NCBI GenBank assembly: GCA_039714075.1 | Contig: JBDLKA010000055.1 | Location: 1-23,318, forward strand | Direction of reading: 5' to 3' | Length of the DNA stretch: 23,318 bases | From: Candidatus Krumholzibacteriota bacterium | GTDB lineage: Bacteria > Krumholzibacteriota > Krumholzibacteriia > LZORAL124-64-63 | Part shown: positions 9,440 to 17,987 of the stretch, piece after piece | Position numbering within the stretch: position 1 is the stretch's first letter | How the letters are laid out: each line of letters starts with the position of its first letter | Notes under the pieces: generated by a model | What the model was told of the DNA's origin: nothing | What the model saw: the letters and a program-made list of their open reading frames with translations, nothing else | Databases searched by the model: none | Translations under genes and position numbers: made by a program

Positions 9440-10702
9440 ATGTCTGACCAAAAGCCCGCGGGGAACAAATCCCCCTTGTCCAATATCGCCCACCCCGACT
9501 TCAAGCCCCGGCGCAGCACCCCCTGGGGGACCGTCGAGGGCCGGGTCATCAGCCTCGTCAGCCGTAAGGGCGGCGTCGGCAAAACCACATCGGCGGTCAA
9601 CCTCGGGGCGGCGCTGGCCCTGTCGGGGCACACCGTCCTCGTCGTCGGGACCGATCCCCAATGCGGCGTGTGCCGTACCTTGGGCGTTCCCCCGACCGAA
9701 CTGGCCACCTGCCTGAGCGAAATCTTCTCCGACGGGCAATCCTTGACCGACATGGCCCATCCTTCGGCCCTGCCGGACCTGTTTTTCGTGGCGCCCCGCA
9801 TCCTCACCCTGGAAGATGAAGAGTCGTATCTCCGGGAAATGGAACGCCATCCCGACACCTTCATCCACGAAATCGACCGCGCCCGCCATCTTTACGACAC
9901 CATTCTCATCGATTGCCCTCCCGGCCTGGGCGCCACCGCCAGGGCCGCACTGCTGGCTTCGGACGGGTACCTGGTTCCCCTGCAGGCGGAAGAACTCTGT
10001 CGGGATTCGGTGGACAACCTGTTGGAATTCGTGGCCACGTTCCGGGCGCGGAACTTTCCCGAGGAAATGCCGGCAGCCGGGCCCGTTCCGGTTCCCCAAC
10101 CCGGATCCCCGGTGAACCGTTCGGTCGCCCTGGAGGGTGTCTTCCTGACCATGGCCAGCCAGCACACGCGCATGGGCCGGCATGTCTCGGCCCGGGTGCA
10201 GGAGGATTTCGGGGACGTCCTGTTCCAGGCCGCCGTGCCCCGCACCACCCGTTTGAGCGAGATGGCCCTGCGGGGCAAACCCGCGGTCATCTATGACCGG
10301 CGGTCGGCCGGCAGCCGGGCCTATTTCGACCTGGCGGATGAAATGGTAAGCCGCTACCGTCTGGCGGAGGAAAGCATGGGGCTGGTGCCGGGTTCTTCCA
10401 TCCCCCACCGGTTCGACCCATTCGGTCCCGAGGCCGACGGGGACGGTGGGGAAGCGATGGAAGTATTATCCTCCCCCCCTGCCCCGACCGGCGGAATGGA
10501 TAAACTCCTGGCTGATCTGGGCGGAATCCCGACCGAGGAGTCATCCGGACCCGCCTTCGAGGAGCCCACGACGCCGGAAATCGTCTCCCTGGACGATCTG
10601 CTGGCCGAAGAGGAAAACCAGGGCAACCGGGAATCCAGCGATGAGGATTGGAGCGACGGTTTCTGGAACAACGAAACCGACGGCGGCGAAAGATTGAACT
10701 GA
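9440..10702 (+). CDS. ParA/Soj-family ATPase with long acidic C-terminal extension
   Basis: Deviant Walker A RKGGVGKTT, DPQ, ILIDCPP and VPRTTRLSE…GKP motifs. GAGGAG RBS. No parB is adjacent. Confidence 0.85.
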   Translation: MSDQKPAGNKSPLSNIAHPDFKPRRSTPWGTVEGRVISLVSRKGGVGKTTSAVNLGAALALSGHTVLVVGTDPQCGVCRTLGVPPTELATCLSEIFSDGQSLTDMAHPSALPDLFFVAPRILTLEDEESYLREMERHPDTFIHEIDRARHLYDTILIDCPPGLGATARAALLASDGYLVPLQAEELCRDSVDNLLEFVATFRARNFPEEMPAAGPVPVPQPGSPVNRSVALEGVFLTMASQHTRMGRHVSARVQEDFGDVLFQAAVPRTTRLSEMALRGKPAVIYDRRSAGSRAYFDLADEMVSRYRLAEESMGLVPGSSIPHRFDPFGPEADGDGGEAMEVLSSPPAPTGGMDKLLADLGGIPTEESSGPAFEEPTTPEIVSLDDLLAEEENQGNRESSDEDWSDGFWNNETDGGERLN

Positions 10703-10746
10703 GCCCCGGGTCCGGTTGTCGTACCCCGCAGGGTGGAGGTGGCGAG

Positions 10747-11922
10747 TTGGCAGCCCAAACCATGAAGTGTCTGGTGTTCGACAAATCCAGCATGGCCTGG
10801 GACAAATCCAGGGGATTCACCAGGATGGAAGCCCCCGTGCCCGTCCTGGACGAAAAGACCGATCCCGGCGACGCGGACCATGTCCTGGTCAAGGTCATCT
10901 ACGCCGGATTCTGCGGCAGCGACCGCGGCATCTGGAACCGCACGGCCTTCAAGGGCATGATTTTCGACAGCCTCAAGCGGGAAAAAAAATCCACCCGTAT
11001 CATCGGGCATGAAATGGTGGGAGAAATCGTCCAGGTGGGCTCGCGTGCGCAAACGCGGTTCGGCTTCCGTCCCAAGGACATCGTTTCCACCGAAAGCCAT
11101 ATCATCTGCGGCACCTGCTACCAGTGCCGTATCGGCCAGACCCACATCTGCAGCCAGGACGTGATCATCGGCATCGGCCGCGACGGCTGTTTCGCCGAAT
11201 ACATCAAGCTGCCGGCCAACGTGCTGTGGCCCACCGATCCCCGCCGGATCAAGATGAAGGTGGCCGCCCTGCAGGAACCGTTCGGCAACGCCGTGCACGC
11301 CTGCACCACCGCCGACCTGCGCGGCAGGACCGTGGCCGTTTTCGGCTGCGGAACCATCGGGCTGTTCGTGATCATGGTGGCCCGCGCACTGGGCGCCACG
11401 CGGATCATCGGCATCGAACCCAATCCCGCCAACGGGGCCATGGCCAAAAAACTGGGCGCGGACGACGTGATCCCGGTGGACCTGTCCCGATCCGCCCCCC
11501 ACGCCTGGAGCGCCGACAAGGAACTGGTCAAGGATGTGCGGGACGCCTTCGGGGGCATCGGCCCGGATGTCTGCATGGAAATGGCGGGTTTCAACTCCAG
11601 CGTCAACAACGCCATCCAGTCGGCCCGGCGTGGCGGTGAAGTGATCCTGTTCGGACTGAAACAGGGCAATTTCCACATCCAGGCCTTCGATCGCGTGATC
11701 GTCAACGGCCTGACCCTGCACAGCGTGATCGGTCGCCGGATTTTCGAAACGTGGTATATTACCCGCAACCTCCTGGAAGACCGCACCAACGGCATCCAGG
11801 AAAAAATCGCCGAAGTCATCCTGGGCGGCGGCGAGGAAGCGGTTGTCCACATCGATGAATTCACCCCGGAATCCTTCGAGAAAACCCTTTCCTTGTGGCC
11901 GAAGCCGCTGATCCAGTTCTGA
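10747..11922 (+). CDS. tdh: Zinc-dependent medium-chain dehydrogenase, probably L-threonine 3-dehydrogenase
   Basis: GFCGSD, GHE, structural zinc site CGTCYQC…HIC, EPFGNAVH, GCGTIG and the Tdh-like GRRIFETWY. The start is TTG 10747 (GGAGGT RBS at 10735-10740) or ATG 10762, not 10648. Confidence 0.75.
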   Translation: MAAQTMKCLVFDKSSMAWDKSRGFTRMEAPVPVLDEKTDPGDADHVLVKVIYAGFCGSDRGIWNRTAFKGMIFDSLKREKKSTRIIGHEMVGEIVQVGSRAQTRFGFRPKDIVSTESHIICGTCYQCRIGQTHICSQDVIIGIGRDGCFAEYIKLPANVLWPTDPRRIKMKVAALQEPFGNAVHACTTADLRGRTVAVFGCGTIGLFVIMVARALGATRIIGIEPNPANGAMAKKLGADDVIPVDLSRSAPHAWSADKELVKDVRDAFGGIGPDVCMEMAGFNSSVNNAIQSARRGGEVILFGLKQGNFHIQAFDRVIVNGLTLHSVIGRRIFETWYITRNLLEDRTNGIQEKIAEVILGGGEEAVVHIDEFTPESFEKTLSLWPKPLIQF

Positions 11923-11962
11923 CCGGAAATACATGGTCGATTTTGATTCAGGGAGGACCTCC

Positions 11963-12190
11963 ATGAAGATCACCATCGAGTACTGCAAGGTTTGAAATTA
12001 TGAACCACGCGCCTCCGGTCTGGCGGGCGCCATCAGGGATAAATTCGGGATAAGGCCGGAACTCATCCCTTCCGGCGGCGGGGTTTTCGAGGTTGAAGTC
12101 GACGGCCGGCTGGTCTTCTCCAAGAAGGAACTGGACCGGTTCCCCGAGGAGGGGGAAATCCTTACGGAAATCGAGAATCTCACGAGCTGA
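11963..12190 (+). CDS. SelT/SelW/SelH (Rdx) family selenoprotein, 75 aa, CxxU motif
   Basis: GGAGG RBS, then MKITIEYCKV-TGA(11993-11995)-NYEPRASGLAGAIRDKFGIRPELIPSGGGVFEVEVDGRLVFSKKELDRFPEEGEILTEIENLTS*. This is a complete Rdx pattern (IEYCxxU, GGxFEV, FSK, RFP) on both sides of the TGA. Absent from the ORF track. Confidence 0.93.
11996..12031 (+). promoter_or_regulatory. Bacterial SECIS-like hairpin of the Rdx selenoprotein gene
   Basis: GC-rich stem-loop cgcgcCTCCGGTctggcgggcgcc directly 3' of the in-frame TGA. The apical GGTCT begins 21 nt after the TGA and resembles the GGUCU apex of the E. coli fdhF SECIS. Confidence 0.7.
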
Positions 12191-12200
12191 ACCGGGCAAA

Positions 12201-12238
12201 AAGATCCCCCGGCGCCATTGGCGACGGGGGATTTCTCT
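12201..12238. terminator. Probable bidirectional terminator between convergent genes
   Basis: ATCCCCCG…CGCCattGGCG…CGGGGGAT hairpin with an A-run on the left and TTTCTCT on the right. Confidence 0.65.
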
Positions 12239-12261
12239 ATCCAACCCAAGGGGGAACGAGG

Positions 12262-12777
12262 TCAGTCCTCGCGCGAATCCCCGACCTTTTTCAGTTCCTG
12301 ACGCAATTCCTTCATCTCCTGCTGCAATTTTTTCAATTCCCGGCGCAGATCCTCGTCCGTCGATGCCTCCCACCGGTCGTGGGAACCGGTCCAGTCCTCG
12401 GTGTCGAACTCGTCCAGACCGGCCTGAAGCGCCACCGAGACCTGGGACATGACCTGATCCAGATCCAGTTCGAAGGTGGTATCCTCGTAGGAAAGGTCCA
12501 GACGGTTGTCCCGGCCCAGCCGGACCTGGAACTGCATGTCCTCCAGTTCGGCCATCACTTCGTCCAGACCGCTCAGGGCATCGGCCACGATCTCGTGGAC
12601 CGCTCCCATTTCGATGACCATCTCCTCACCGTCTTCACCGACGATGACCAACTTGGCCTCCTTGTCCTCGCAGTCGGGCTCGTCGGCCCACAGGACCACC
12701 GGCAGGAACAGGATCAACAAAGCCAGGATGAACGGCCCCGCTATCTTGAGGGAATCGGCATTTCGTTTGGCATTCAT
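12262..12777 (-). CDS. Hypothetical exported acidic protein with C-terminal coiled coil
   Basis: GGAGG RBS, signal peptide (…FILALLILFLPVVLWA|DE), D/E-rich body and a heptad-like tail LRRELKKLQQEMKELRQELKK. Confidence 0.75.
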   Translation of the reverse strand: MNAKRNADSLKIAGPFILALLILFLPVVLWADEPDCEDKEAKLVIVGEDGEEMVIEMGAVHEIVADALSGLDEVMAELEDMQFQVRLGRDNRLDLSYEDTTFELDLDQVMSQVSVALQAGLDEFDTEDWTGSHDRWEASTDEDLRRELKKLQQEMKELRQELKKVGDSRED

Positions 12778-12802
12778 GGTGAACCTCCGGCGGAACCGTA
12801 TG

Positions 12803-12834
12803 AAAAAGCGGGACGCCTTCGTGGGTCCCGCTTT
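12803..12834 (-). terminator. Rho-independent terminator after the 1013-aa gene
   Basis: AAAGCGGGAC…GTCCCGCTTT inverted repeat. The A5 run gives a U tract on the minus strand. Confidence 0.7.
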
Positions 12835-12872
12835 CCATTACGCATGATCGCCGGCAGGGTTGCGGCCGATAA

Positions 12873-15800
12873 TCAGAAAATCATTCCCAGGGCCGGCAAT
12901 TGCAGTGATTTCCAGTAGGCGGGATCGATCTTGAGGCTGACCGAGCCCCCGTCTCCGGATCGAGGCCGCACCATACCGCCGGGGCCGACACCATCGCTCA
13001 GGGACGGGCAGGACACCTCCAGCAGGGTCTCATCCCCGTCATCGGCGACAACCTTGATCTCAAGGCCCTGCCCCGCGTGGATCTTGAGGGTCTCCTTCAG
13101 GGAAACCGTACCGACCCAGCCCATGCCGGCGGGGGCCGCCAGGCCGATCTGGAAATCATCCGAACGGATCATGCTGCCGGCCGGACTTGTCCGGACCTCC
13201 AACCTGGCCCTGACCGGTTCCGTCAACCGGTCCTGATCCAGGCGGATGGTTCCCGAAAGATAATCCAGGGGCAAATGTGCCCTGAGAGCCACCAGGAGAT
13301 TATTGATGTCGGCCAGCTTCTGCGACCGCTCGGGGTCCGCGCCCAGATGATCGGTGTGCAGTGACGATATCGCCTTTGCCTGGCCGTGGAGGCTCAGCCA
13401 GGTACGGGACCAGTCCCGGCCCGCCACCGCCTCATCCTGCAACCGGGCCGCCGTCTTGCGGCATTCCAGCCATGACTTGTCGAACTTTTCCCGGGCCTTG
13501 TCGAATTCGAATTTGGCCACGGCCGACAGGTGCCCCGCCCATCGGTCCAGGAACGGAAGACCGTCCGACGTTGCCAGACTCTCCCAGACCTCCGGCGGCG
13601 GCTTGAGGTCCATGGTGATCCGGAATCCGGCCACCTGGTCCCTTACCGAACCGGTATACAAATATTCCGGTATCAGTTCGGGATCGCCCCCGTCCTTCAG
13701 GTGCAGGACAGCCGCTTCGTACCTGATCCTGGCCAGGAACTCACCATAGGCCCGGGGGTGGAAACGAACCGCCGGATTATCCTCCAGCCGGGACAGGGCA
13801 CGGGGGGATTCCGCCACCTTGGCCGCCAGCGTGACCGGCTTTTTCAGGGCCGAATACAGTTCCAGGGTACCGGTCAAAAGCCCCGGAATCCGTCCTTTGG
13901 GAAACATGACCGTCTGGGCGCGAAGATTGGTCAAAATGACCCGGATTTCCGACGACGGCCAATCCTGGTCCGCCAATCCGCGGCGGTAGGGCAGGAAGGT
14001 CTGATCCCCCCTGCGCTCGGCCTTCTTGAGCCGGACCAGGGCGAAGGCGCTGTTGGTGTAGGCCCGGGTCATCCGGCTGGCAGTCGGTGCCACCTGGCCC
14101 GCCGCCTGGCTGAGCGCTTTTTCCCATTCCCGTGAATAGGTTGAAGCTTCGAAAAGTGTCAACAGCAGGGCCATCCCGGACACGTGACCCCGGGTCTGGT
14201 CCAGGACCTGCTTGGCCTCGAGGGTTCCCAGGTCACGCCGGACATCCTGGAGAACGCCCTTGCCCACCCGGGACAACGAGTCCCGGCGGGCAATGACGGC
14301 CTGATCGGAAAGGGTGGAAATGTCCCGCCAGAAGACCCCCGCGGCCAGGGAATACCAAGCCAGTTCCAGTCGGGTCAATTCGTTTTCCAGGACCAGCCCC
14401 TGGTCGGCCAGGGATTGCAACCTCTGCGCTTCACGATCCGGCCGGCTGGCCTGCTGAATGCCGTCGGCCGCCAGTTTGGCGAACAGTTCCACCTGTTGGT
14501 TCAACGGCTGCACCGCCAGGTCCCGCAGATTGGCCAGGGCCTTGTGCCTTCCCTTGTCGACGGAAGGGTTCAACCCCTTGCCGGAGTTGGTCAACAATTT
14601 CAACTGGCGCCCGTAGACCTCGCCGACATCGACGACTTCCAGCAGGGTGGCGGCACGTTCGGTCCTGGGTTTTTCTCCCATCAAACCCTGAAGGTTGGCC
14701 CACTCCAGGCTTTCGGCGAGGGTCCTGCCCTCTTTCCACATCAGACCCGCAGTGCCTGCCAGAGCCAGGATGAGCACCAGGACGGCAACACGCACGGCAT
14801 TGGCTCGGGGAAACCTGCGGCCTCTTGATTTGGTCTTCGGATTGGGGAATTTCCGCACCAAGGGGCTGGGCTTTTCGGGTTTCGGGCGGACATTCGACCT
14901 GGCAGGCACAGGACTCGGGCCAGGGCCCGGGGAACCGGCCTGGGATGCGTCCGGCGCCTGCCAACGGGTCCTGGAGGGTTTCGACCTGGGCAGCGAGGCC
15001 TGGAGCGAATCCAGGGCCAGCGGTGGTTCCTGCCTGTCCCGCGAAGAACCCTGCACCGGCATGGCCGCCGAAACGGTTTCCTTGCGCAGATTGTCCTGTA
15101 AATCAGGGGTGGGCCTGGAATGAACCTGTTGCCGCTGACTTGTCCTGGAGACCCCGGCCAGATCACCAGCGGCAAGATATTTGCGGATCTCCTCGATGTA
15201 GTTGTCGACTCCCTTGACGTTGTCCCCGGCCAACCAGGCCATCATCATTCTCTGCCAGCCGGCGAAGACACATCCTTCGGACTCCACGCCCGCCAGGGTG
15301 TAGTTATTGGCTTCATTGGGCGCGAAAGAGGTGAAGCGCAGTTTTTTCCGGGCCTTTTCGGGCATGCAGGCGATGATCAGGGCCAGGCACCGGTCACTTT
15401 GTGCATTGGCCTGTTCGATGGGCATCAACAACTTGCCTTCGGCGATGAGTTTGACCACCGCTTCATCGACAAGTCCGATGTCGCTCTCGTTGGGGGCCGG
15501 ATCGACCAGGGGTCGGGTGGAATCGTAATCGATTTCGGCCCTCTGCAATTTTACCTGGGGATTCCATTCGTCGCAAAAGTCCACCGCCTGGGCCACGGCG
15601 AAGGGATTGCGCAGGAACGTGGCGTACGACCCCTCGGACAGAACCACGGCGTGGAAAAGCGGGTTCAAGCCCCGGCCGGCGCGGATGACCGTGAAAAGGC
15701 GGCCGGGGATCGCGCGTATGGTCGAAGTCAAACTGAAGGACATCAGCGCGGGTTGTTCCAGGCCCAGCGGGGGCGGCGGACCCCAGTTGTCGCACAAGCG

Positions 15801-15914
15801 GACTATTTCAGCGGCGGCTTTGTCTCCCATGCCCGAAGAACTCGCCAGGACCGACTTGCTCGGTTTGTCGTCCTTTAAATTGACCCCGTAAAGCAACTGT
15901 TCGATGAAAGGCAT
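12873..15914 (-). CDS. Large bitopic membrane protein with GAP1-N2/GAP1-M-like N-terminal region, Pro-rich linker, one TM helix and a helical C-terminal region
   Basis: 1013-aa ORF with GAGG RBS. The N-terminus 'EQLLYG…VLASSSG…WGP…FLRNPF' and 'MPEKARKKLRFTSF' recall GTPase-associated protein 1 domains (pattern recognition only). TM segment AVRVAVLVLILALAGTAGLMW. Confidence 0.6.
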   Translation of the reverse strand: MPFIEQLLYGVNLKDDKPSKSVLASSSGMGDKAAAEIVRLCDNWGPPPPLGLEQPALMSFSLTSTIRAIPGRLFTVIRAGRGLNPLFHAVVLSEGSYATFLRNPFAVAQAVDFCDEWNPQVKLQRAEIDYDSTRPLVDPAPNESDIGLVDEAVVKLIAEGKLLMPIEQANAQSDRCLALIIACMPEKARKKLRFTSFAPNEANNYTLAGVESEGCVFAGWQRMMMAWLAGDNVKGVDNYIEEIRKYLAAGDLAGVSRTSQRQQVHSRPTPDLQDNLRKETVSAAMPVQGSSRDRQEPPLALDSLQASLPRSKPSRTRWQAPDASQAGSPGPGPSPVPARSNVRPKPEKPSPLVRKFPNPKTKSRGRRFPRANAVRVAVLVLILALAGTAGLMWKEGRTLAESLEWANLQGLMGEKPRTERAATLLEVVDVGEVYGRQLKLLTNSGKGLNPSVDKGRHKALANLRDLAVQPLNQQVELFAKLAADGIQQASRPDREAQRLQSLADQGLVLENELTRLELAWYSLAAGVFWRDISTLSDQAVIARRDSLSRVGKGVLQDVRRDLGTLEAKQVLDQTRGHVSGMALLLTLFEASTYSREWEKALSQAAGQVAPTASRMTRAYTNSAFALVRLKKAERRGDQTFLPYRRGLADQDWPSSEIRVILTNLRAQTVMFPKGRIPGLLTGTLELYSALKKPVTLAAKVAESPRALSRLEDNPAVRFHPRAYGEFLARIRYEAAVLHLKDGGDPELIPEYLYTGSVRDQVAGFRITMDLKPPPEVWESLATSDGLPFLDRWAGHLSAVAKFEFDKAREKFDKSWLECRKTAARLQDEAVAGRDWSRTWLSLHGQAKAISSLHTDHLGADPERSQKLADINNLLVALRAHLPLDYLSGTIRLDQDRLTEPVRARLEVRTSPAGSMIRSDDFQIGLAAPAGMGWVGTVSLKETLKIHAGQGLEIKVVADDGDETLLEVSCPSLSDGVGPGGMVRPRSGDGGSVSLKIDPAYWKSLQLPALGMIF

Positions 15915-16016
15915 ATTCCGACCTCTTGAGACAAAGTGAATCCCTCCCGTTCACCTCCCTTTTCGGCCGCAAATGCCCTTTCCTGAGCCTCAACCTCGTT
16001 TCCAACAGCTGCCAAC

Positions 16017-16051
16017 AAAAAACCGGCCTCTCCTGTTACGGGAGAGGCCGG
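16017..16051 (-). terminator. Rho-independent terminator after the cytochrome c/b gene
   Basis: CCGGCCTCTCC-tgttacg-GGAGAGGCCGG 11-bp stem with A6 on the left, giving U6 on the minus strand. Confidence 0.85.
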
Positions 16052-16073
16052 AATCGGGATCGGAAACGGCGGA

Positions 16074-17987
16074 TCAGATGTCCCTTTCCAGGCCCAGACG
16101 TTTGACCTTGTCCACGTTGCCCGGGGATTGGGCCGCGGGGTGTTCCGTTTCGAACATTTCCTGGGGCATTTTACCCGTCAACCACGAGGGATTCATGGGG
16201 TACACGTGGGGATTGAACATGACCCCGTACATGTGCCAGATCAGAATGGCCAGGAACGCCAGCCAGGCCTCGTAGTAGTGGATGACCAGGAAGACCTCCA
16301 TGACACCCTTGCCGATGTAGGCGGTCAGGGGCTTTTCGAACCACATGGCCAGACCGGTCAGGACCATGACCACCGTCCCCCAGATCAGGGCCCAGTACTC
16401 GGCCTTTTCCACGAAGGAGAAGCGCCTCATCTGGGGATGTTCGTCGGTCCGCCCCAGGTTGTACATGAACATGCCCCAGACCTGTTTGGCATCGTTCCAG
16501 TTCGGTGCGATGTCCCTCAGGAAGATCCGGCCCTTGACCGTCACCAGATAGCCCAGGTGCCACAGGGAACCGAGGATCATCACCACGGCGGCCACGCGGT
16601 GGATCATGCCGCGCACGAACGCGCCTCCTTCGTGCCCGAAGATCATCTTGGCCCACCAGGCGTCGTAGAAGCGCAGTGAGAAACCGGTGATGACCAGGAC
16701 CGAGAAGGAAACGGCCAGGACCGTATGCTGGACCACCTCGTCGGCCTCCATGCGCCGCACCTGCTTTTTCCGCAGGACGTTGCGCACCTGGCGCAGCCAG
16801 TCCAGGAAACAGTAGACAACCATGCCGCCGATGATCAGCAGGATCATGACCAGGTAGATGGTCCGGACGTAGTAGGGCCAACCCTCGGCCACACCGGTGA
16901 CCGGCTCGTGGATCTTGGTTTTGGCCGCCTTTTCGGCGGACATCCCGTGGTGACAGTGACCGCAGGTTTCCACCAGGTTGGAGGCCGCAACCGAAGAGCG
17001 CGGATCGTCCGAAGGCAGAACCATGTGGGCGGCGTGGCAGGACGAGCAGTTGGCCACCGTCTGGTCGCCGGCACGGCTTTTCAGGCCATGATAGGAATCG
17101 ACGTAGGACTGCAGCCTGCCGGAGGGCAGGTCGTATTTTTCATTCAGCTTGGCCGAATCATGGCAGGGAGAACAGGTGGCCTCGGCCACGCGGAAGGGGC
17201 TGACCGGCGAGCGGGGATCGTCCGTGGCCAGGATCCCGTGCTCCCCGTGGCAGGTGGTGCAGGTGGGTGAGTCGACCTCGCCCCGGGCTACCAGTTCCCC
17301 GTGGATACCCTCTTCGAATTCCTTCTTGATCGTGCTGTGACACTTGCCGCAGGTCTTGGAAATATTGAAGAAGTTGATGGTCGATTCGATGTTGCCCGGA
17401 GGCAGGATCCGGTGGGCGGTACCCCCGCTGGAGTGGCAATCGTTGCAGGAGGCCGCGGTATCGACGCCGCCGGCGGTAGCCGTACCGTGCACGCCCTTCT
17501 GGTACACCTCGATGGGGTGCTTGAATTTGATGTTCAGATCGGCCAGGAAATCCTGATTCTCGTGACAGGATCCGCAGGTTGCCGGCAGGTTCGAGGCGTG
17601 CACCATGGATTCGGAATCCGTATGGGGCAGGATGTTGTGGCTGCCGTGGCATTCCTGGCAGGTGGGAACATCGGGTGAAACGCCGACAGTCCCGCGACCG
17701 TGCTGCTTATAGACTTCGACGGTTTCTTCGTGGCAAACACCGCAATCGGGTTTGGCCAGTGCCGCAGCATGGGGAACCTTGTGGATGTCGATATGGCAAT
17801 CCGTGCAGGAAAAATCCTCGTGGATGCTGCCACGCAGATCCTCCGTGGTCACCTCCGAGGGAACCCCACCGGTATTGGTATGACAGTCGGCGCAGACTTC
17901 ATCGGGGAAATCTCCGGCGAATGCCAGGGGGACCACGGCGACAAATGCCAGAAGCACCGCGAGGATTTCAATCCTTGCTCGTGTCAT
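16074..17987 (-). CDS. CbcL-like inner-membrane protein: periplasmic 11-heme cytochrome c fused to an FdnI/HydC-type di-heme cytochrome b domain
   Basis: The likely start is ATG 17987 (MTRARIEILAVLLAFVAVVPLAFA signal peptide; 637 aa). I count 11 CxxCH motifs: CADCH, CTDCH, CGVCH, CQECH, CGSCH, CNDCH, CGKCH, CTTCH, CSPCH, CSSCH, CGHCH. Five TM helices follow, with candidate heme-b His ligands (QH, IHR, IHY, WHMY) and the EKAEYWAL motif. Confidence 0.9.
   Translation of the reverse strand: MTRARIEILAVLLAFVAVVPLAFAGDFPDEVCADCHTNTGGVPSEVTTEDLRGSIHEDFSCTDCHIDIHKVPHAAALAKPDCGVCHEETVEVYKQHGRGTVGVSPDVPTCQECHGSHNILPHTDSESMVHASNLPATCGSCHENQDFLADLNIKFKHPIEVYQKGVHGTATAGGVDTAASCNDCHSSGGTAHRILPPGNIESTINFFNISKTCGKCHSTIKKEFEEGIHGELVARGEVDSPTCTTCHGEHGILATDDPRSPVSPFRVAEATCSPCHDSAKLNEKYDLPSGRLQSYVDSYHGLKSRAGDQTVANCSSCHAAHMVLPSDDPRSSVAASNLVETCGHCHHGMSAEKAAKTKIHEPVTGVAEGWPYYVRTIYLVMILLIIGGMVVYCFLDWLRQVRNVLRKKQVRRMEADEVVQHTVLAVSFSVLVITGFSLRFYDAWWAKMIFGHEGGAFVRGMIHRVAAVVMILGSLWHLGYLVTVKGRIFLRDIAPNWNDAKQVWGMFMYNLGRTDEHPQMRRFSFVEKAEYWALIWGTVVMVLTGLAMWFEKPLTAYIGKGVMEVFLVIHYYEAWLAFLAILIWHMYGVMFNPHVYPMNPSWLTGKMPQEMFETEHPAAQSPGNVDKVKRLGLERDI

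Noticed and set aside
5007..12190. Alternative genetic code (UGA = Trp or Gly) as the explanation for the in-frame TGAs
   Set aside because: Several complete genes end at TGA at their expected C-termini (5009, 9314, 11922, 12190), and TGG is used for Trp.
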